Shown: positions 46,301 to 56,673, counted from the first letter of the stretch. The stretch is DNA of 56,856 nt from Eubacteriales bacterium (GCA_028697835.1 JAQVDK010000001.1:1-56856), one strand, 5' to 3'. The notes: generated by a model from the sequence alone, not told the origin. A program made the numbers and translations.

Positions 46301-48287
46301 AGGACGTGTTGGCGCTTTCAACATCTATAATAATTCTCGGCTGCATAATCGCATACCCGCTTCTAACCCTGCCATCTTTTACTTCGGGCTTGTTTAGCGG
46401 GTGCATCATTGCACCAATAAGCTCTTTTGCTGCATCTCGCGGAAGTTTTGTATCGGCGTCAAGGGTTATGACATATTTAATCTCGGGAAGCGAGTCAAAA
46501 TCCCCTACAACCTCTGTAAAGGTAGTGTCCTTGTCACCTCTTAAGAGCTTGGAAAACTCGACAAGTGCGCCTCTTTTTCTTTCCCAGCTCATATAATTTT
46601 TATTAACTTCGTTGTATATTCGTTTTCTATGAAACATGAAAAACTGTCCGCCGTATTTCTCGTTTAGCTCTCCAATAACGGATTTTGCCGCTTCTAAAAT
46701 TTCAAGTTCCTCCGGCTTTGTTTCAATGTCGCTGTCGGCAAAGTCGCTAAGTAGCCCAAAGTATAAATTTTCATGCTTGTTGGCAAGATAGTAAATCTCC
46801 AGTTGGCTTGCCATGTGCTTTGCCTGCTCCACGCTTGTAAGCAAGGTAGAGATAACCACAAAGGTTGAACAATCCTTTGGAATTCCGTCGATTAAATCAA
46901 GCCTTGGAATTCTTGAAACCTTTGTGGTATGGGAAGCTACATAGTTGCAAATGTTTATTGCAATGCTGGAGGCCGGCGCTAAAACTAAAGCAAAAGCACC
47001 CAATGATATGGCAAGATTTTGGGTTAAATATTTACAATATGCAAAAAACCCACCGGAAACTAAAAGGGTAATAATTAAAATAGCACTCCAATACAAGGAT
47101 TGCTTAACTCGCAAAGAACGCTTGTTATCGCCGCCCAAGTCGGTTTCTATTATGAAATGCCCAACATGTTTTTTTTGCTTATGGGACAGCTCCACGGCGG
47201 TGAGGGCTACTTCTATTTCCGAAAGGTCGTAAGTTTTGGCTATCCTCTCTACATTGCGCCTGTAATAATCCTTGGTGGTGTTATCCATTTTTGAGTATAT
47301 GCCGGAGTAGTCTTCGCTTAAAATCTTTTCTATTTGGCTGAGCGATTCAAAAACCTTTACATAATCAAGGGACATGATAAACCTAAGGCTTGTCATGGCA
47401 TTTCCCATGGAAACTTCTCTTGCCGCCTGCCTTTGATGCTCTATGTCCACAATATACTCAGGGCTGCTTCTGCGCCTTGCAAGCTTTGAATCAATGTATT
47501 TTATGCCGTTTATGCCTTCCTTGCCCATTTTTTTAAAGGCGGAGTAAATATATTCGATATAGTCAAAATTTTCGGTTAAACTGTTTTTGAAGATTGGACC
47601 CAAAACACTGCTGTATTTCTGCTTTTTCTCGAAAATATTGGTAAGTGCCGCCCTTGCCGCTTCGTATTGGTCTTGTGTTTTGGAAATTTTACGGCACATA
47701 TGTTTAATATTTTCTATGAGTGCAATTTTAAGTATGGACGAAAGGGACCAAAGCTCCACGTCAAGAAGATATGATATTTGCTGGTATTCCGATATAAACT
47801 CAATAAGCGCATCCTCTGTTATGGCACAATCCGTGTGGTTTAGATATTCAAGGGCAATTGCAAAAACCCGAGGATACCCTTTATACTGCCCCTCTTTTAT
47901 AACAGGCAGCTTGTTGAAGTACTTCTTTTGGATGTTTTGCAGCAAATCCTTGGTCTGCTCCTCCACAATATAAAAATTGTCAAGCAACCACTCGTCGGCA
48001 CCGGTCAGCTTTTGGTTTTTGGCAGCCACTTCGCTTAATTTTCGATAGGTGGCTGAAATATAGCGGAAGTTTTGCTCCACCCTTCCTAAAAGCAGTTTCA
48101 TGCTTTCTCTGCCTTTTTCAAGCTCATGGTTTCGAGCCAAATTTCCCGCATGCCAAATTAGCGAATCTCGGTCAAGCTTTGCCGCCTTAATATCAAACTT
48201 TCCTTTACTATTGGATTTCGATTTTGAATAAAGATATGCTCCAAAAAATATAAACAAACAAAAAAAGATACCAATTGAGTAATTCAT
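40356..48287 (-). CDS. cyclic beta-1,2-glucan synthase-like multidomain protein (TM + GT84-like + central alpha-helical region + C-terminal GH94-like phosphorylase)
   Basis: The 2643-aa product has multiple TM segments. ITLDADTK is encoded near 46450 and MHRWTRGDWQ near 46000-46028. The C-terminus carries YRDQIQDT, GSGDWNDG (near 41221-41250) and GGQYTHAAAW, which are typical of GH94. Confidence 0.8.
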   Translation of the reverse strand: MNYSIGIFFCLFIFFGAYLYSKSKSNSKGKFDIKAAKLDRDSLIWHAGNLARNHELEKGRESMKLLLGRVEQNFRYISATYRKLSEVAAKNQKLTGADEWLLDNFYIVEEQTKDLLQNIQKKYFNKLPVIKEGQYKGYPRVFAIALEYLNHTDCAITEDALIEFISEYQQISYLLDVELWSLSSILKIALIENIKHMCRKISKTQDQYEAARAALTNIFEKKQKYSSVLGPIFKNSLTENFDYIEYIYSAFKKMGKEGINGIKYIDSKLARRRSSPEYIVDIEHQRQAAREVSMGNAMTSLRFIMSLDYVKVFESLSQIEKILSEDYSGIYSKMDNTTKDYYRRNVERIAKTYDLSEIEVALTAVELSHKQKKHVGHFIIETDLGGDNKRSLRVKQSLYWSAILIITLLVSGGFFAYCKYLTQNLAISLGAFALVLAPASSIAINICNYVASHTTKVSRIPRLDLIDGIPKDCSTFVVISTLLTSVEQAKHMASQLEIYYLANKHENLYFGLLSDFADSDIETKPEELEILEAAKSVIGELNEKYGGQFFMFHRKRIYNEVNKNYMSWERKRGALVEFSKLLRGDKDTTFTEVVGDFDSLPEIKYVITLDADTKLPRDAAKELIGAMMHPLNKPEVKDGRVRSGYAIMQPRIIIDVESANTSFFSRVFAGQGGIDTYSGAVSDVYQDLFGEGIFTGKGIFDVDVFNEILPSAIPENTVLSHDLLEGSYLRCALVGDIALIDGFPWKYSSYAARMHRWTRGDWQLMPWLLGIIKNPLSGISKWKIFDNIRRSVVPVVLALLIFLSFNILPGNSFMWVGFAVSAICFSLLISTIDWAVHAGYKYIGQKCNATIIYGLKGVVYEAALLFVLLPHYAYITADAGLRTLYRMIFSKKKMLEWMTAADSERKLDNSLKSYYIRMTSSWIFALALPVFANKYHFLSIILTAVWLAAPTIMYFASKKEEPSSKAIKDSDKKFLIDLARDTWQYFKEYTSGYTNYLAPDNYQEEPANGSATRTSPTNIGLQISAVICAVDFGFISINEGVNMLERVVSTMERLQKWHGHFYNWYDTKTLEVLRPRYVSTVDSGNLCSYMLLVMESLREYKKKYPEISERVENLISSLKKMYDETDFKVLYDNQRHLFSIGYNVEEENLTKSHYDLLASEARTASFIAIAKGDVPKKHWFNLGRTLVSREGYRGLVSWTGTMFEYLMPLLLMKNIKNTLFDETYHFVIRCQKKYGRLRNVPWGTSESGFNAFDINLNYQYKAFGVPDLGLKRGLMSDMVVAPYASIMALMVDFDGAMENLRHLKEVGAMGRYGFYEAIDYTPQRILPHEKYSIVKSYMVHHVGMSLLTLNNVLNDNVLQKRFHADPSIKATEELLGERVPTNVIVSKENQEKVTPLKPVKHQDGEYFFGIKNIDVNTPNMHILSNGKMSSFITDGGVGYLAVGDMAVTRFRNDLQNGIYGNFVYIKNSNTGKWWTNTVSPLFENTDCYAAAFSSDRAEFKRRSDNIDTTTEIVVSSEENAEIRKITLANHTDEDIVFEISNYQEIVMTSLASDSAHPAFSNLFIRTEYDENLDCIIASRRPRDDKTPQVFAMQTICIGDEKVGKVEFETDRVKFIGRKKSLQRPNALTDGIQMSGSLGSVLDPIFSQRFKVRVNKGSSTSFSIITAYCENREEAVEIAQKYKIGANIDRAFDMAWTRSKVENKYLGISEKNESLAYMLLPHLFYILPYRRKLATYIEKNTKGQQSLWSMGISGDNPIVTLRVYSTDELDILKDLISIHELWQIKGLVVDLVIVSEDESSYNQPLINAIRDLASISHLRDRIGGRGGIYVVDKSLIDEDTKNLLFAVSKIVLDSNNGSIEEQMETEEAENTIPYISFSKKYYDNIDIPLGEIAFFNGYGGFTETEYKMKLGENTTTPMPWCNVIANRDFGFLVTESGGGFSWYHNSRENKLTPWVNDAVLDTAHDKIYIRDDHSGDLWDFQSGEYVVSHGMGYSKFETGQSGLISTLEVFVPTNELTKVNLITLTNKTSEQRNITLTYYINPIIGVGESETKPYVTVSKKDNFILAKNSYNRDYPEEVLYLSSSEQITSFTSDKREFFGKSRFAQTPNGLLRERLSNLEGAGLDSCIAAEIKLSLAPNETKSAVFTLGVKEITFTPKEAMLTLLDVKKFWKNETEKIKIDTPDTAMNFLVNSWLLYQTLSCRIFARTGFYQCGGAYGYRDQIQDTMSLLQHDSQIAKEQIIRCASRQFLEGDVQHWWHEVETGFRGIRTRFSDDLLWLPYAVSEYIRVTGDRSILEIKVPYIQSELLAEGEDEKYCPAWVSDTVETIEQHCMRAIERASRFGEHGLPLMGSGDWNDGMSHVGNKGKGESVWLGWFLYDILERFNMQNKELKESLNKAWDGAWYHRAYTDEGVPLGSNKNTECKIDAIAQAWSVITGAGNPEYQSIAMDSVMKYLVSREEGIIKLLTPPFDSGEINPGYIKGYVPGVRENGGQYTHAAAWVILAYAKLGMGDVAAELFSLLNPINHSRTPIEANKYKVEPYVVAADVYSTGANLGRGGWTWYTGSSGWMYRVAIEWILGIQKKENKLVINPCVPKDWSEFSVQYRHGDTKYNIHFKNPNGKFMADSPTEITLDDKKQEYDIEIVL

Positions 48288-48353
48288 TGCCTTCCCCTTT
48301 TCGCTATAATCTCAATTGATATCTTATCCATTTTTTTATTATTTAAACCATTG

Positions 48354-49292
48354 CTATATAATTTCGGCTATATGTTTTTTAAGCTCCTTGGCAGAATGAG
48401 TAAGGGCGGCCTTTTCCTCTTCGTTTAAATTAAGCTGCAAAACCTTGGTAACCCCATCCTTGCCTACAATTGACGGAACACTTATGCATATGTCTTCTAT
48501 GCCATACTCACCTTTTAAAAGGCTGGAGACAGTAAGTATTGAATGCTCGTCCCTCATTATGCACTCCACAATTCGTTTAACCGCCAAGGCAACTGCATAG
48601 TAGGTTGCGCCTTTTTTCTGGATAATTTCATAAGCGGCGTTTTTAACCTTTTCATAAATTTCGTATTTATTTATCCCCTCGCAGCAAGAGCAGCTTTTGC
48701 AGTAATCGTCCATGGGAATTTGCCCAACGGTGGTAGTGCTCCAAACCGCAACCTCCGTATCCCCATGCTCGCCTATAATATATGCGTGGATATTTCTTGC
48801 ATCCACCCCAACATGCTCGCCAAGGGAATGTCTGAACCTTGCAGTGTCCAAAACAGTTCCGGAGCCTATAACCTTATTATAAGGAAAGCCCGATATCTTA
48901 TAAGTAAGGTATGTTAATATATCCACAGGATTTGTAACCACCAAAATTACAGTATCGTGGGTAATATGCTCTGTCAGCTTGCCTACAATATTCCTAAAGA
49001 TAGCGGCATTTTTCTTTAAAAGGTCGATTCTTGTTTCATTAGGCTTTTGGTTGGCGCCGGCGGTTATAATCACTACCTCGGAGCCTGCGGCATCGGCATA
49101 ATCCCCGGCGGTTACTTTAAGCGGCTTCATAAAAGGAACGCCATGGCTCATATCAAGAGCGTCGCCCTCGGCCTTATCCTTGTTAATGTCGATAATAACA
49201 ATTTCGTTAACAACGCTGCTTTGCATCAGTGCAAATGCAGTGGTAGAGCCTACAAACCCCGCACCTATAACGGTTACCTTCCCTTTTTTCAT
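48354..49292 (-). CDS. ldh: L-lactate dehydrogenase
   Basis: VIGAGFVGS, the DTARFR region and IIGEHGDTEV motifs are present. The product is 312 aa. Confidence 0.9.
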   Translation of the reverse strand: MKKGKVTVIGAGFVGSTTAFALMQSSVVNEIVIIDINKDKAEGDALDMSHGVPFMKPLKVTAGDYADAAGSEVVIITAGANQKPNETRIDLLKKNAAIFRNIVGKLTEHITHDTVILVVTNPVDILTYLTYKISGFPYNKVIGSGTVLDTARFRHSLGEHVGVDARNIHAYIIGEHGDTEVAVWSTTTVGQIPMDDYCKSCSCCEGINKYEIYEKVKNAAYEIIQKKGATYYAVALAVKRIVECIMRDEHSILTVSSLLKGEYGIEDICISVPSIVGKDGVTKVLQLNLNEEEKAALTHSAKELKKHIAEII

Positions 49293-49306
49293 GAAATACC
49301 TCCATT

Positions 49307-50569
49307 CTATTTAATTCCTATGTCACGTCTGTAGTGGGCATCTTTAAACGAAATGTCCCAAACCGCTTCGTATGCGTTTTTAATAGCTTCGTCCAAATCC
49401 TTGCCTTTTGCGGTGACTCCCAAAACACGCCCTCCGTTGGTATAAAACTTGTCATCTGCCAGTTTCGTTCCTGAATGAAATACAATAACATTCTTTGTTT
49501 TTTCCGCCTCTTCTATACCTTCTATCTTATATCCTGTCTGATATTTTTCGGGATATCCGCCCGAAGCCATAACAACGCATGCCGCAGCACCGTCATCCCA
49601 TGTTATGTCAACCTCGGACAATCTTTCGTCGATAATAGCTTCAAAAATTTCTATTATATCGGTTTTAAGCCTTGGCAAAACAACCTGCGCTTCCGGGTCG
49701 CCAAAGCGGCAGTTATATTCTATAACATACACCCCATCATCTGTTACAATCAGCCCAAAATACAGCACGCCTTTAAAGGTACGCCCTTCGCTGTTCATTG
49801 CATTCATGGTAGGAATAAAAATATTTTTCATGCAATAATCAGACGCCTTTTCATCGTATATCCTGCTGGGTGAAAAAGCGCCCATTCCTCCGGTATTAGG
49901 TCCCCTGTCGCCGTCGAAAACTCTTTTATGGTCCTGCGCCGACACCATGGGAACTATTGTTTTACCGTCGGTAAATGCTAAAACGGAAACTTCCTGTCCT
50001 TTTAAAAACTGTTCAATAACAACACGATTTCCGGCAGAGCCGAATACTTTATCTTCCATAATGCTAAGTACGGCACCTTTTGCCTCGTCAAAATTTTCGG
50101 CAATAATAACGCCTTTTCCCAAAGCCAAACCTTCCGCCTTTATTACAATCGGATACGTTTTGTTTTCCAAATAGGAAATCGCGTCCGCTGCATTGTCAAA
50201 AACCTCATATTGCGCAGTGGGAATATTGTATTTTTTCATCAAATCTTTTGAAAAAACCTTGCTACCCTCGATTATTGCCGCGGCCTTTTTAGGCCCGAAG
50301 GCACGAATCCCGTTTTTTTCAAGCTCGTCCACCATGCCCAAAACAAGCGGGTCGTCCGGAGCCACAACCACAAGGTCAACTTCCTTTTCCTTTGCAAATT
50401 TTACAACACCGTCTATGTCGGTATATTTTATATCGTCAAAACACTCGGCAATTTTTGCAATTCCGCCGTTGCCTGCAATGCAATATATTTTTGAAACCTT
50501 ATGGCTCTGGGCAATTTTATATGCAAGCGCATGCTCTCGCCCGCCGTTTCCAACTATTAAAACCTTCAT
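49307..50569 (-). CDS. purD: phosphoribosylamine--glycine ligase
   Basis: MKVLIVGNGGREHALA is followed by an ATP-grasp core. The product is 420 aa. Confidence 0.95.
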   Translation of the reverse strand: MKVLIVGNGGREHALAYKIAQSHKVSKIYCIAGNGGIAKIAECFDDIKYTDIDGVVKFAKEKEVDLVVVAPDDPLVLGMVDELEKNGIRAFGPKKAAAIIEGSKVFSKDLMKKYNIPTAQYEVFDNAADAISYLENKTYPIVIKAEGLALGKGVIIAENFDEAKGAVLSIMEDKVFGSAGNRVVIEQFLKGQEVSVLAFTDGKTIVPMVSAQDHKRVFDGDRGPNTGGMGAFSPSRIYDEKASDYCMKNIFIPTMNAMNSEGRTFKGVLYFGLIVTDDGVYVIEYNCRFGDPEAQVVLPRLKTDIIEIFEAIIDERLSEVDITWDDGAAACVVMASGGYPEKYQTGYKIEGIEEAEKTKNVIVFHSGTKLADDKFYTNGGRVLGVTAKGKDLDEAIKNAYEAVWDISFKDAHYRRDIGIK

Positions 50570-50593
50570 TGCGAAAAACTTCCTCCTAATCTA

Positions 50594-52132
50594 TTAATGC
50601 TTGAAATGGCGCATTCCCGTAAACACCATCGCAATGCCTTTTTCATTGCAAAGCTTTATGGAATCCTCATCACGAATGGAGCCTCCCGGTTGAATTATTG
50701 CGGTAATTCCTGCTTTTGCCGCGGCCTGTACGCAATCGGAAAAAGGGAAAAACGCATCAGAAGCCATAACGCTTCCCGCCGCATTTTCACCGGCATAATT
50801 TATAGCTAATTCAAGGGCGGTAATCCTGTTTGTCTGTCCGGGACCAATGCCGGTGGTGGCAAAATCCTTAGCCAAAACTATACCGTTGGATTTTGTATAT
50901 TTGCAGACTTTCCATGCAAAAAGAAGGTCCCGAATATCTTTTTCGGTTGGCTTCTTTTCGGTAACGAATCTAAGCTCACCGCCCAAAAGCGCTGTATTGT
51001 ACTCCTGTACCAAAAGCCCGCCTGTAATTTTCTTAAGCTCCAACATGTCGGGAGTATTTTTAACGGATATGCCTTCGAGCTGAAGTATCCTAATGTTCTT
51101 TTTCCTTGTAAGAATATCCAAAGCCTCCTTGGTATATGAAGGAGCAATTACTATTTCAAGGAAAATCTCGCTTATTTTCTCTGCCGTCCTTGCGTCTATT
51201 TCACGGTTTGCCGCCACAATTCCGCCAAAAATGGAAACAGGGTCGGCATTGTAAGCACGAATATAAGCTGTGTAAATATCCTCGCCCGTAGCCACGCCGC
51301 AAGGGTTTGCATGCTTTATCGCCACAACCGCAGGCTCGTCAAATTCTTTAACGATAGATATTGCCGCATCGGCATCTGCTATGTTATTGTACGACAACTC
51401 CTTGCCATGAAGTTGACGTGCCGCTGCGATTGAACCCTCAAACTTGCCGATTTCTTTATAAAACGCCGCTTTTTGATGAGGATTTTCGCCGTATCTCATA
51501 TCTTGAACCTTTTCAAAGGTTAGCGTTAAGCTATCGCGCAGCCTTTCCTGCCCCGTCTTCTTGCCTAAATAGTCGGCAATAAGGGCGTCGTAGCTTGCAG
51601 TATGCTCAAAAACCTTAAAAGCAAGATATTTTTTTGTTTCCAAGGTAAGAGAGTCTTTTCTCAAAGCATCTATAACAACGTCATAATCTTTAGGGTCCAC
51701 GATGACCGCAACGTCTTGATAATTTTTTGCCGCCGCACGAATCATGGTAGGTCCGCCAATGTCAATGTTTTCAATTGCTTCTTCAAAGGTTGTTCCGTCT
51801 TTTAATATGGTCTGCTTAAAAGGATAAAGATTTATTGCAACCACGTCAATTGGAGTAACGTCAAGTTCTTTTAGTTGTTTCATATGTTCGGGGTTGCTCC
51901 TCATTGCCAAAATTCCTGCGTGGATTTTAGGGTGCAGTGTTTTAACCCTGCCGTCCAAACATTCGGGAAAAGCTGTAACGTCAGAAACATTAATAACATC
52001 TATCCCCGCCTGGGAAAGCACCTTCGACGTTCCGCCGGTGGATATTATTTCAAACCCCAAGGATACTAAATTTTTCGCAAAATCTACAACTCCTGTTTTA
52101 TCCGAAACGCTGATTAATGCTCTTTTAGCCAT
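50594..52132 (-). CDS. purH: bifunctional AICAR transformylase / IMP cyclohydrolase
   Basis: The [17 protein letters not shown]-like N-terminus is present. The start at 52132 is preferred over the track start at 52174, and it overlaps the purN stop by 8 nt. Confidence 0.95.
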   Translation of the reverse strand: MAKRALISVSDKTGVVDFAKNLVSLGFEIISTGGTSKVLSQAGIDVINVSDVTAFPECLDGRVKTLHPKIHAGILAMRSNPEHMKQLKELDVTPIDVVAINLYPFKQTILKDGTTFEEAIENIDIGGPTMIRAAAKNYQDVAVIVDPKDYDVVIDALRKDSLTLETKKYLAFKVFEHTASYDALIADYLGKKTGQERLRDSLTLTFEKVQDMRYGENPHQKAAFYKEIGKFEGSIAAARQLHGKELSYNNIADADAAISIVKEFDEPAVVAIKHANPCGVATGEDIYTAYIRAYNADPVSIFGGIVAANREIDARTAEKISEIFLEIVIAPSYTKEALDILTRKKNIRILQLEGISVKNTPDMLELKKITGGLLVQEYNTALLGGELRFVTEKKPTEKDIRDLLFAWKVCKYTKSNGIVLAKDFATTGIGPGQTNRITALELAINYAGENAAGSVMASDAFFPFSDCVQAAAKAGITAIIQPGGSIRDEDSIKLCNEKGIAMVFTGMRHFKH

Positions 52133-52724
52133 CTTTTTCTTCCTTTCTTCTTTTATTACATATATCTGCCACAACCTTGGGCAAAATCACCCATTCCGCT
52201 TCCTCCATCACCCTTTTTTGAAGGGTTTCGGGCGTGTCGCCCTCTAAAACATCAACCGCTTTTTGGGCAATAATTTTGCCGCCGTCCACAATATTATTTA
52301 CATAATGCACGGTAGCCCCCGTAACTTTAACTCCATAATCCAAAGCCGCCTTATGTACTTTCAAGCCATAGCAGCCTTCACCGCAAAAGGACGGAATTAA
52401 AGACGGGTGAACATTTATAATTTTATTTTCAAATGTTTTTACAAAATTCTCGCTCAATATACAAAGAAACCCCGCCAAAACTATAAGGTCAACGTCATTT
52501 TCCATAAGATGCAAAGTAAGCTGCTCTTCAAAGGAGTCGTTTCCTTTTTTAGGTATCACCTTGCATGGAATGTTGTGTTTTTTTGCCCGCTCCAGTGCAT
52601 AAACGCCTTCTTTGTTGGACACAACCGTTACAATCCTGCCGTTTATAGAGCCGGCTTCAACAGCGTCAATAAGTGCCTGAAGGTTGCTTCCGCCGCCGGA
52701 TACCAAAACAGCTATGTTTAGCAT
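52125..52724 (-). CDS. purN: phosphoribosylglycinamide formyltransferase
   Basis: [12 protein letters not shown] and [11 protein letters not shown] motifs are present. Confidence 0.9.
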   Translation of the reverse strand: MLNIAVLVSGGGSNLQALIDAVEAGSINGRIVTVVSNKEGVYALERAKKHNIPCKVIPKKGNDSFEEQLTLHLMENDVDLIVLAGFLCILSENFVKTFENKIINVHPSLIPSFCGEGCYGLKVHKAALDYGVKVTGATVHYVNNIVDGGKIIAQKAVDVLEGDTPETLQKRVMEEAEWVILPKVVADICNKRRKEEKDG

Positions 52725-53749
52725 ATTTCCACCCCGTTTTCACCCTTTGCGACTTCGCCTATGATATATGCTTTTTCGCCAAGGTGGTTAAGGTGTGCTA
52801 CCGCATCTTCAGCCTGCGCCTTTGGAAGAGCCAAAACCATTCCTACTCCCATGTTAAACGTGCCAAACATATCCTTCTCGCCAATAGCGCCTTCCTTTGC
52901 GATAAGGTCAAAAATAGGCAGAACTTCAAAGGAGGACTTGTCCACCCTTGCACAAAGCCCCTCCGGCAGCATTCGGGGAATGTTTTCATAAAAGCCCCCG
53001 CCCGTAATGTGTGATATAGACTTAACATCAAATTTTTCAATAACCGAAAGCACGGGCTTTACGTATATTTTTGTGGGTTTTAGCAATGCTTCGCCCAAAG
53101 TGCATCCTAAAACATCAAAATATTGACCTAATTTTTCGGTGTTACCGCTAATGTTGAACACTTTACGGACCAGAGAATAGCCATTGCTGTGAATTCCGGA
53201 CGAGGCTATTCCCACAAGAGCATCCCCTTCTTCAAGCCTTGAGCCGTCAATAATTTTGCTCTTTTCAACAGCACCTACCGCAAACCCTGCCAAATCATAC
53301 TCGTCAATATCGTAAAAGCCGGGCATTTCGGCAGTTTCGCCGCCTACAAGTGCCGCCCCGGAAGCTATGCAGCCTTCGGATATGCCCTTTACTATTTGGG
53401 CAATTTTTTCGGGAACATTTTTCCCAACGGCAATATAGTCTAAAAATATCAAAGGCTTCGCACCGCTGCAAATAATATCGTTTACGCACATTGCCACACA
53501 GTCTTGCCCGATAGTGTCATGCTTGTCCATCATTATGGCAATTTTAAGCTTTGTTCCAACACCGTCCGTACCCGAAACAAGCACAAGCTGCTTATATTCG
53601 GTTACATCTATTTCAAACAGCCCGCCAAATCCGCCAATCCCTGAAAGAACACCTTTGGTAAAGGTTTTTTCCACATATTTTTTCATCAAGCGAACTGCCT
53701 GATATCCTGCTTCAACATCCACTCCGGCCGCTTTATAACTCTCACTCAC
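52718..53749 (-). CDS. purM: phosphoribosylformylglycinamidine cyclo-ligase (AIR synthetase)
   Basis: [19 protein letters not shown] and SGTDGVGTK motifs are present. Confidence 0.95.
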   Translation of the reverse strand: MSESYKAAGVDVEAGYQAVRLMKKYVEKTFTKGVLSGIGGFGGLFEIDVTEYKQLVLVSGTDGVGTKLKIAIMMDKHDTIGQDCVAMCVNDIICSGAKPLIFLDYIAVGKNVPEKIAQIVKGISEGCIASGAALVGGETAEMPGFYDIDEYDLAGFAVGAVEKSKIIDGSRLEEGDALVGIASSGIHSNGYSLVRKVFNISGNTEKLGQYFDVLGCTLGEALLKPTKIYVKPVLSVIEKFDVKSISHITGGGFYENIPRMLPEGLCARVDKSSFEVLPIFDLIAKEGAIGEKDMFGTFNMGVGMVLALPKAQAEDAVAHLNHLGEKAYIIGEVAKGENGVEIC

Positions 53750-55148
53750 TTTTTATATCCTCCTTTGAAACAAACGGTACATCCATTGGATACCTTCCGG
53801 AAAAACAAGCATCGCAATGGTCACGCCTTTTTCCTAAAGTTTTCCAAAGATTTTCAAGACTTAAATATCCCAAGCTGTCCGCACCTATAATCTTGCGTGT
53901 TTCTTCAACACTGTTTTGTACTGCAATCAAGCTATCCTGAGACGGAATATCCGTACCAAAAAAACAAGGGTACAAAAAGGGCGGAGAGCTTATTCTCATA
54001 TGCACCTGGGCTGCACCTGCGTCACGAATCATCTGAACAATATGGTTTGAGGTGGTACCCCTTACGATAGAGTCGTCAACAACAACCACGCGCTTTCCTT
54101 GAATTGTGTTTTTAAGTGCGTTTAATTTAATTTTAACAGCTCTTACGCGCTGCTGTTGTGTTGGCTGAATAAAAGTCCTGCCTATGTATCTGTTTTTGAT
54201 AAGTCCAATGTCATAGGGAATTCCGCTTTCCTTTGAATATCCTATCGCCGCATCAATTCCCGAATCCGGAACAGCAATAACAAGGTCTGCGTCAACCGGG
54301 TGTTCAATGGCAAGCTGCCTGCCTGCTTCAATTCTCGAGTCATACACGCTTATTCCCTCTATGATGCTGTCAGGGCGAGCAAAATATATATATTCAAAAA
54401 TACACATTTTTCTTTTGTCGCTGCAATGCCTTGCATCGTGGCGAACCCCGTCTTTATCAACAGTTATAATTTCCCCCGGCCTTAAATCGCATATGTACTT
54501 GGCATCAACTGCGTCAAGACCGCACGTTTCAGAAGAAAAGATATATGAATGCTCGGTTTTTCCAAAACACAAAGGTCTAAACCCCCAAGGGTCACGAACG
54601 GCAAGCAGCTTTTTCGGGCTCATAACCACCAGCGAAAAAGAGCCTTTAAGATATGGCACGGAATTTGCCACAGCTTCCTCTATTGAGTGGGTTTTAAGCC
54701 TTTCCCTTGCTATAAGATAAGCAATTACCTCTGCATCATTTGTAGTTTGAAAAATTGCTCCATTGTCTTCAAATTCTTTTCTAAGGTCTGCCGCATTAAT
54801 AATATTTCCGTTATGGGCAATGGTAAGCGACCCTTTCTTATATTTGGAAACCAAAGGCTGAGCGTTTTCTCTAAAGGCTGCATTGCCGGTTGAAGAGCGC
54901 ACATGACCTATACCCATAGAGCCCTTTAAGTGGTTTAGCATGATATCGTTGAAAACTTCCGGCACAAGCCCCATATCCTTATGATATATAACCGTTTCAC
55001 TGTCATTAACTGCAATTCCGCAGGATTCCTGCCCTCTATGCTGAAGGGCGTAAAGCCCATAATATATAATATTTGCAGCGTCCGTATGACCGTCAAAGTT
55101 GTAAACGCCAAAAACTCCGCACTCTTCCTTTAATGCGTCACACATCAA
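53742..55148 (-). CDS. purF: amidophosphoribosyltransferase
   Basis: A propeptide precedes the nucleophile CGVFGV, the PRPP loop [12 protein letters not shown] is present, and C-terminal Cys residues fit an Fe-S cluster. Confidence 0.95.
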   Translation of the reverse strand: MMCDALKEECGVFGVYNFDGHTDAANIIYYGLYALQHRGQESCGIAVNDSETVIYHKDMGLVPEVFNDIMLNHLKGSMGIGHVRSSTGNAAFRENAQPLVSKYKKGSLTIAHNGNIINAADLRKEFEDNGAIFQTTNDAEVIAYLIARERLKTHSIEEAVANSVPYLKGSFSLVVMSPKKLLAVRDPWGFRPLCFGKTEHSYIFSSETCGLDAVDAKYICDLRPGEIITVDKDGVRHDARHCSDKRKMCIFEYIYFARPDSIIEGISVYDSRIEAGRQLAIEHPVDADLVIAVPDSGIDAAIGYSKESGIPYDIGLIKNRYIGRTFIQPTQQQRVRAVKIKLNALKNTIQGKRVVVVDDSIVRGTTSNHIVQMIRDAGAAQVHMRISSPPFLYPCFFGTDIPSQDSLIAVQNSVEETRKIIGADSLGYLSLENLWKTLGKRRDHCDACFSGRYPMDVPFVSKEDIKSE

Positions 55149-55178
55149 AAGACCTCCTTAAAATTTTATTAAACAAAG

Positions 55179-55673
55179 TTACAGCTTTTCCGCCTCCATC
55201 TTAATCAGGCGGTTTTTTTCGGCAACTTCATCAGCCATTTCTTTTTTATACACATGCAGTTTTTTTCTCAAAGCGTTGTCTGACAAGGATAAAATCTGAA
55301 CAGCCAAAAGCCCTGCATTTTCCGCGCCATCAATTGCAACGGTTGCAACAGGCACTCCCTTTGGCATCTGCACTATGGACAAAAGAGAATCCAGCCCGTC
55401 CATGGTGGACGACTTAATCGGAAGCCCAATGACCGGAAGAGTTGTATACGCCGCCAGCACGCCTGCCAAATGTGCGGCCTTGCCCGCAGCGGCTATAATA
55501 ACGCCAAATCCTTTTTCTTCCGCAGAAGCTGCAAACTCCTCTGCCGCCGCCGGCGTCCTATGCGCCGAAATTACATAAGCTTCATAATCAACACCAAACT
55601 TTTTCAAAATTCCAATGCATTTTTTTATTACAGGAAAATCGGAATCGCTTCCCATAACAACTGCAACCTTCAT
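55179..55673 (-). CDS. purE: N5-carboxyaminoimidazole ribonucleotide mutase (class I PurE)
   Basis: VVMGSDSD and AGKAAHLAGVLAA (the class I AAHL signature) are present. Confidence 0.9.
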   Translation of the reverse strand: MKVAVVMGSDSDFPVIKKCIGILKKFGVDYEAYVISAHRTPAAAEEFAASAEEKGFGVIIAAAGKAAHLAGVLAAYTTLPVIGLPIKSSTMDGLDSLLSIVQMPKGVPVATVAIDGAENAGLLAVQILSLSDNALRKKLHVYKKEMADEVAEKNRLIKMEAEKL

Positions 55674-55722
55674 AATCTCAACATTCCTTCCTTCTTATAA
55701 AAAGTATAATGCCAATTTCGAA

Positions 55723-56673
55723 TTATGTCGAAATCAGCATAAATTTATCTATGATAAACAGCATGACAGGCATTGTGACAAGGCTTGCAACAGTAGTCAC
55801 AAACACTGCTTCCGCTGCATATTTATAGTTTCCGCCCAATTCGTTTGCCATGATGGAAACAATAATCATGCATGGCATGGATATTTGCAAAACAACTGCA
55901 CAGATAGCTTCGTATGTAAGTCCGAAGGAATATATGTTGGTAAGAATAAATGCAACTATGACAGGAATAACCAACATCTTAAAAAACACTATCGCATATA
56001 TCGAAAGTTTTTTATAGGTCTTGTTTATGTCAACCGTTGCCATGGTCGCGCCAACAAACACAAGGGATAAATAAACGGTGGTGCCTCCAAGGCCCGCCAA
56101 AGGGTTAAACAGCGCCGGCGGCAGCTTAATTTGAAGCACAAAAAATACAAGACCTAAAATTATGGCTATCATATTATTGCTGAATATGCCTGCAATCCGC
56201 TCTTTTTTTGATTGCTTTCCTTTGTAATCAATTTTTGCAACGCCTACGGACCAGAAACAGGTGTCATTTACAAGGTGATAAAAAGCACCGTAAAACACGC
56301 CTATCGGTCCGAAAACAGCTTCTAAAAGCGGGTAAGCCAAAAAAGCAACATTTCCAAAAGCCATGAGCGCAACCTGTACTCCTTTGGTTTTCTCGTCAAG
56401 CTTTGCCGCTTTTGCGTAAACAACACCTATGTAAAACAGAACTGTTACACATACAAGCGCCATAGCTACAATGGTTATAGACTCCCAAATTAAGCTTAAA
56501 TCATAGCCAAGATTCGATATGGAAGTGAAAATCATAAGCGGAGCAGTAACTTTTATAATCAGGCGTGAAAGTCCCCCGCGGACAGTTTCGTTAATCCAGC
56601 CGATTTTTGTAGAAATAAAACTTATTGCAATGATAATTGCAAACATTATAACTTTTTCAACCATTAACTCCAA
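55723..56673 (-). CDS. AEC (auxin efflux carrier / malate permease-like) family transporter
   Basis: The 316-aa polytopic protein has a two-half hydrophobic architecture. The track start is TTG 56673, with an alternative ATG at 56664. The gene ends 49 nt upstream of purE. Confidence 0.7.
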   Translation of the reverse strand: MELMVEKVIMFAIIIAISFISTKIGWINETVRGGLSRLIIKVTAPLMIFTSISNLGYDLSLIWESITIVAMALVCVTVLFYIGVVYAKAAKLDEKTKGVQVALMAFGNVAFLAYPLLEAVFGPIGVFYGAFYHLVNDTCFWSVGVAKIDYKGKQSKKERIAGIFSNNMIAIILGLVFFVLQIKLPPALFNPLAGLGGTTVYLSLVFVGATMATVDINKTYKKLSIYAIVFFKMLVIPVIVAFILTNIYSFGLTYEAICAVVLQISMPCMIIVSIMANELGGNYKYAAEAVFVTTVASLVTMPVMLFIIDKFMLIST

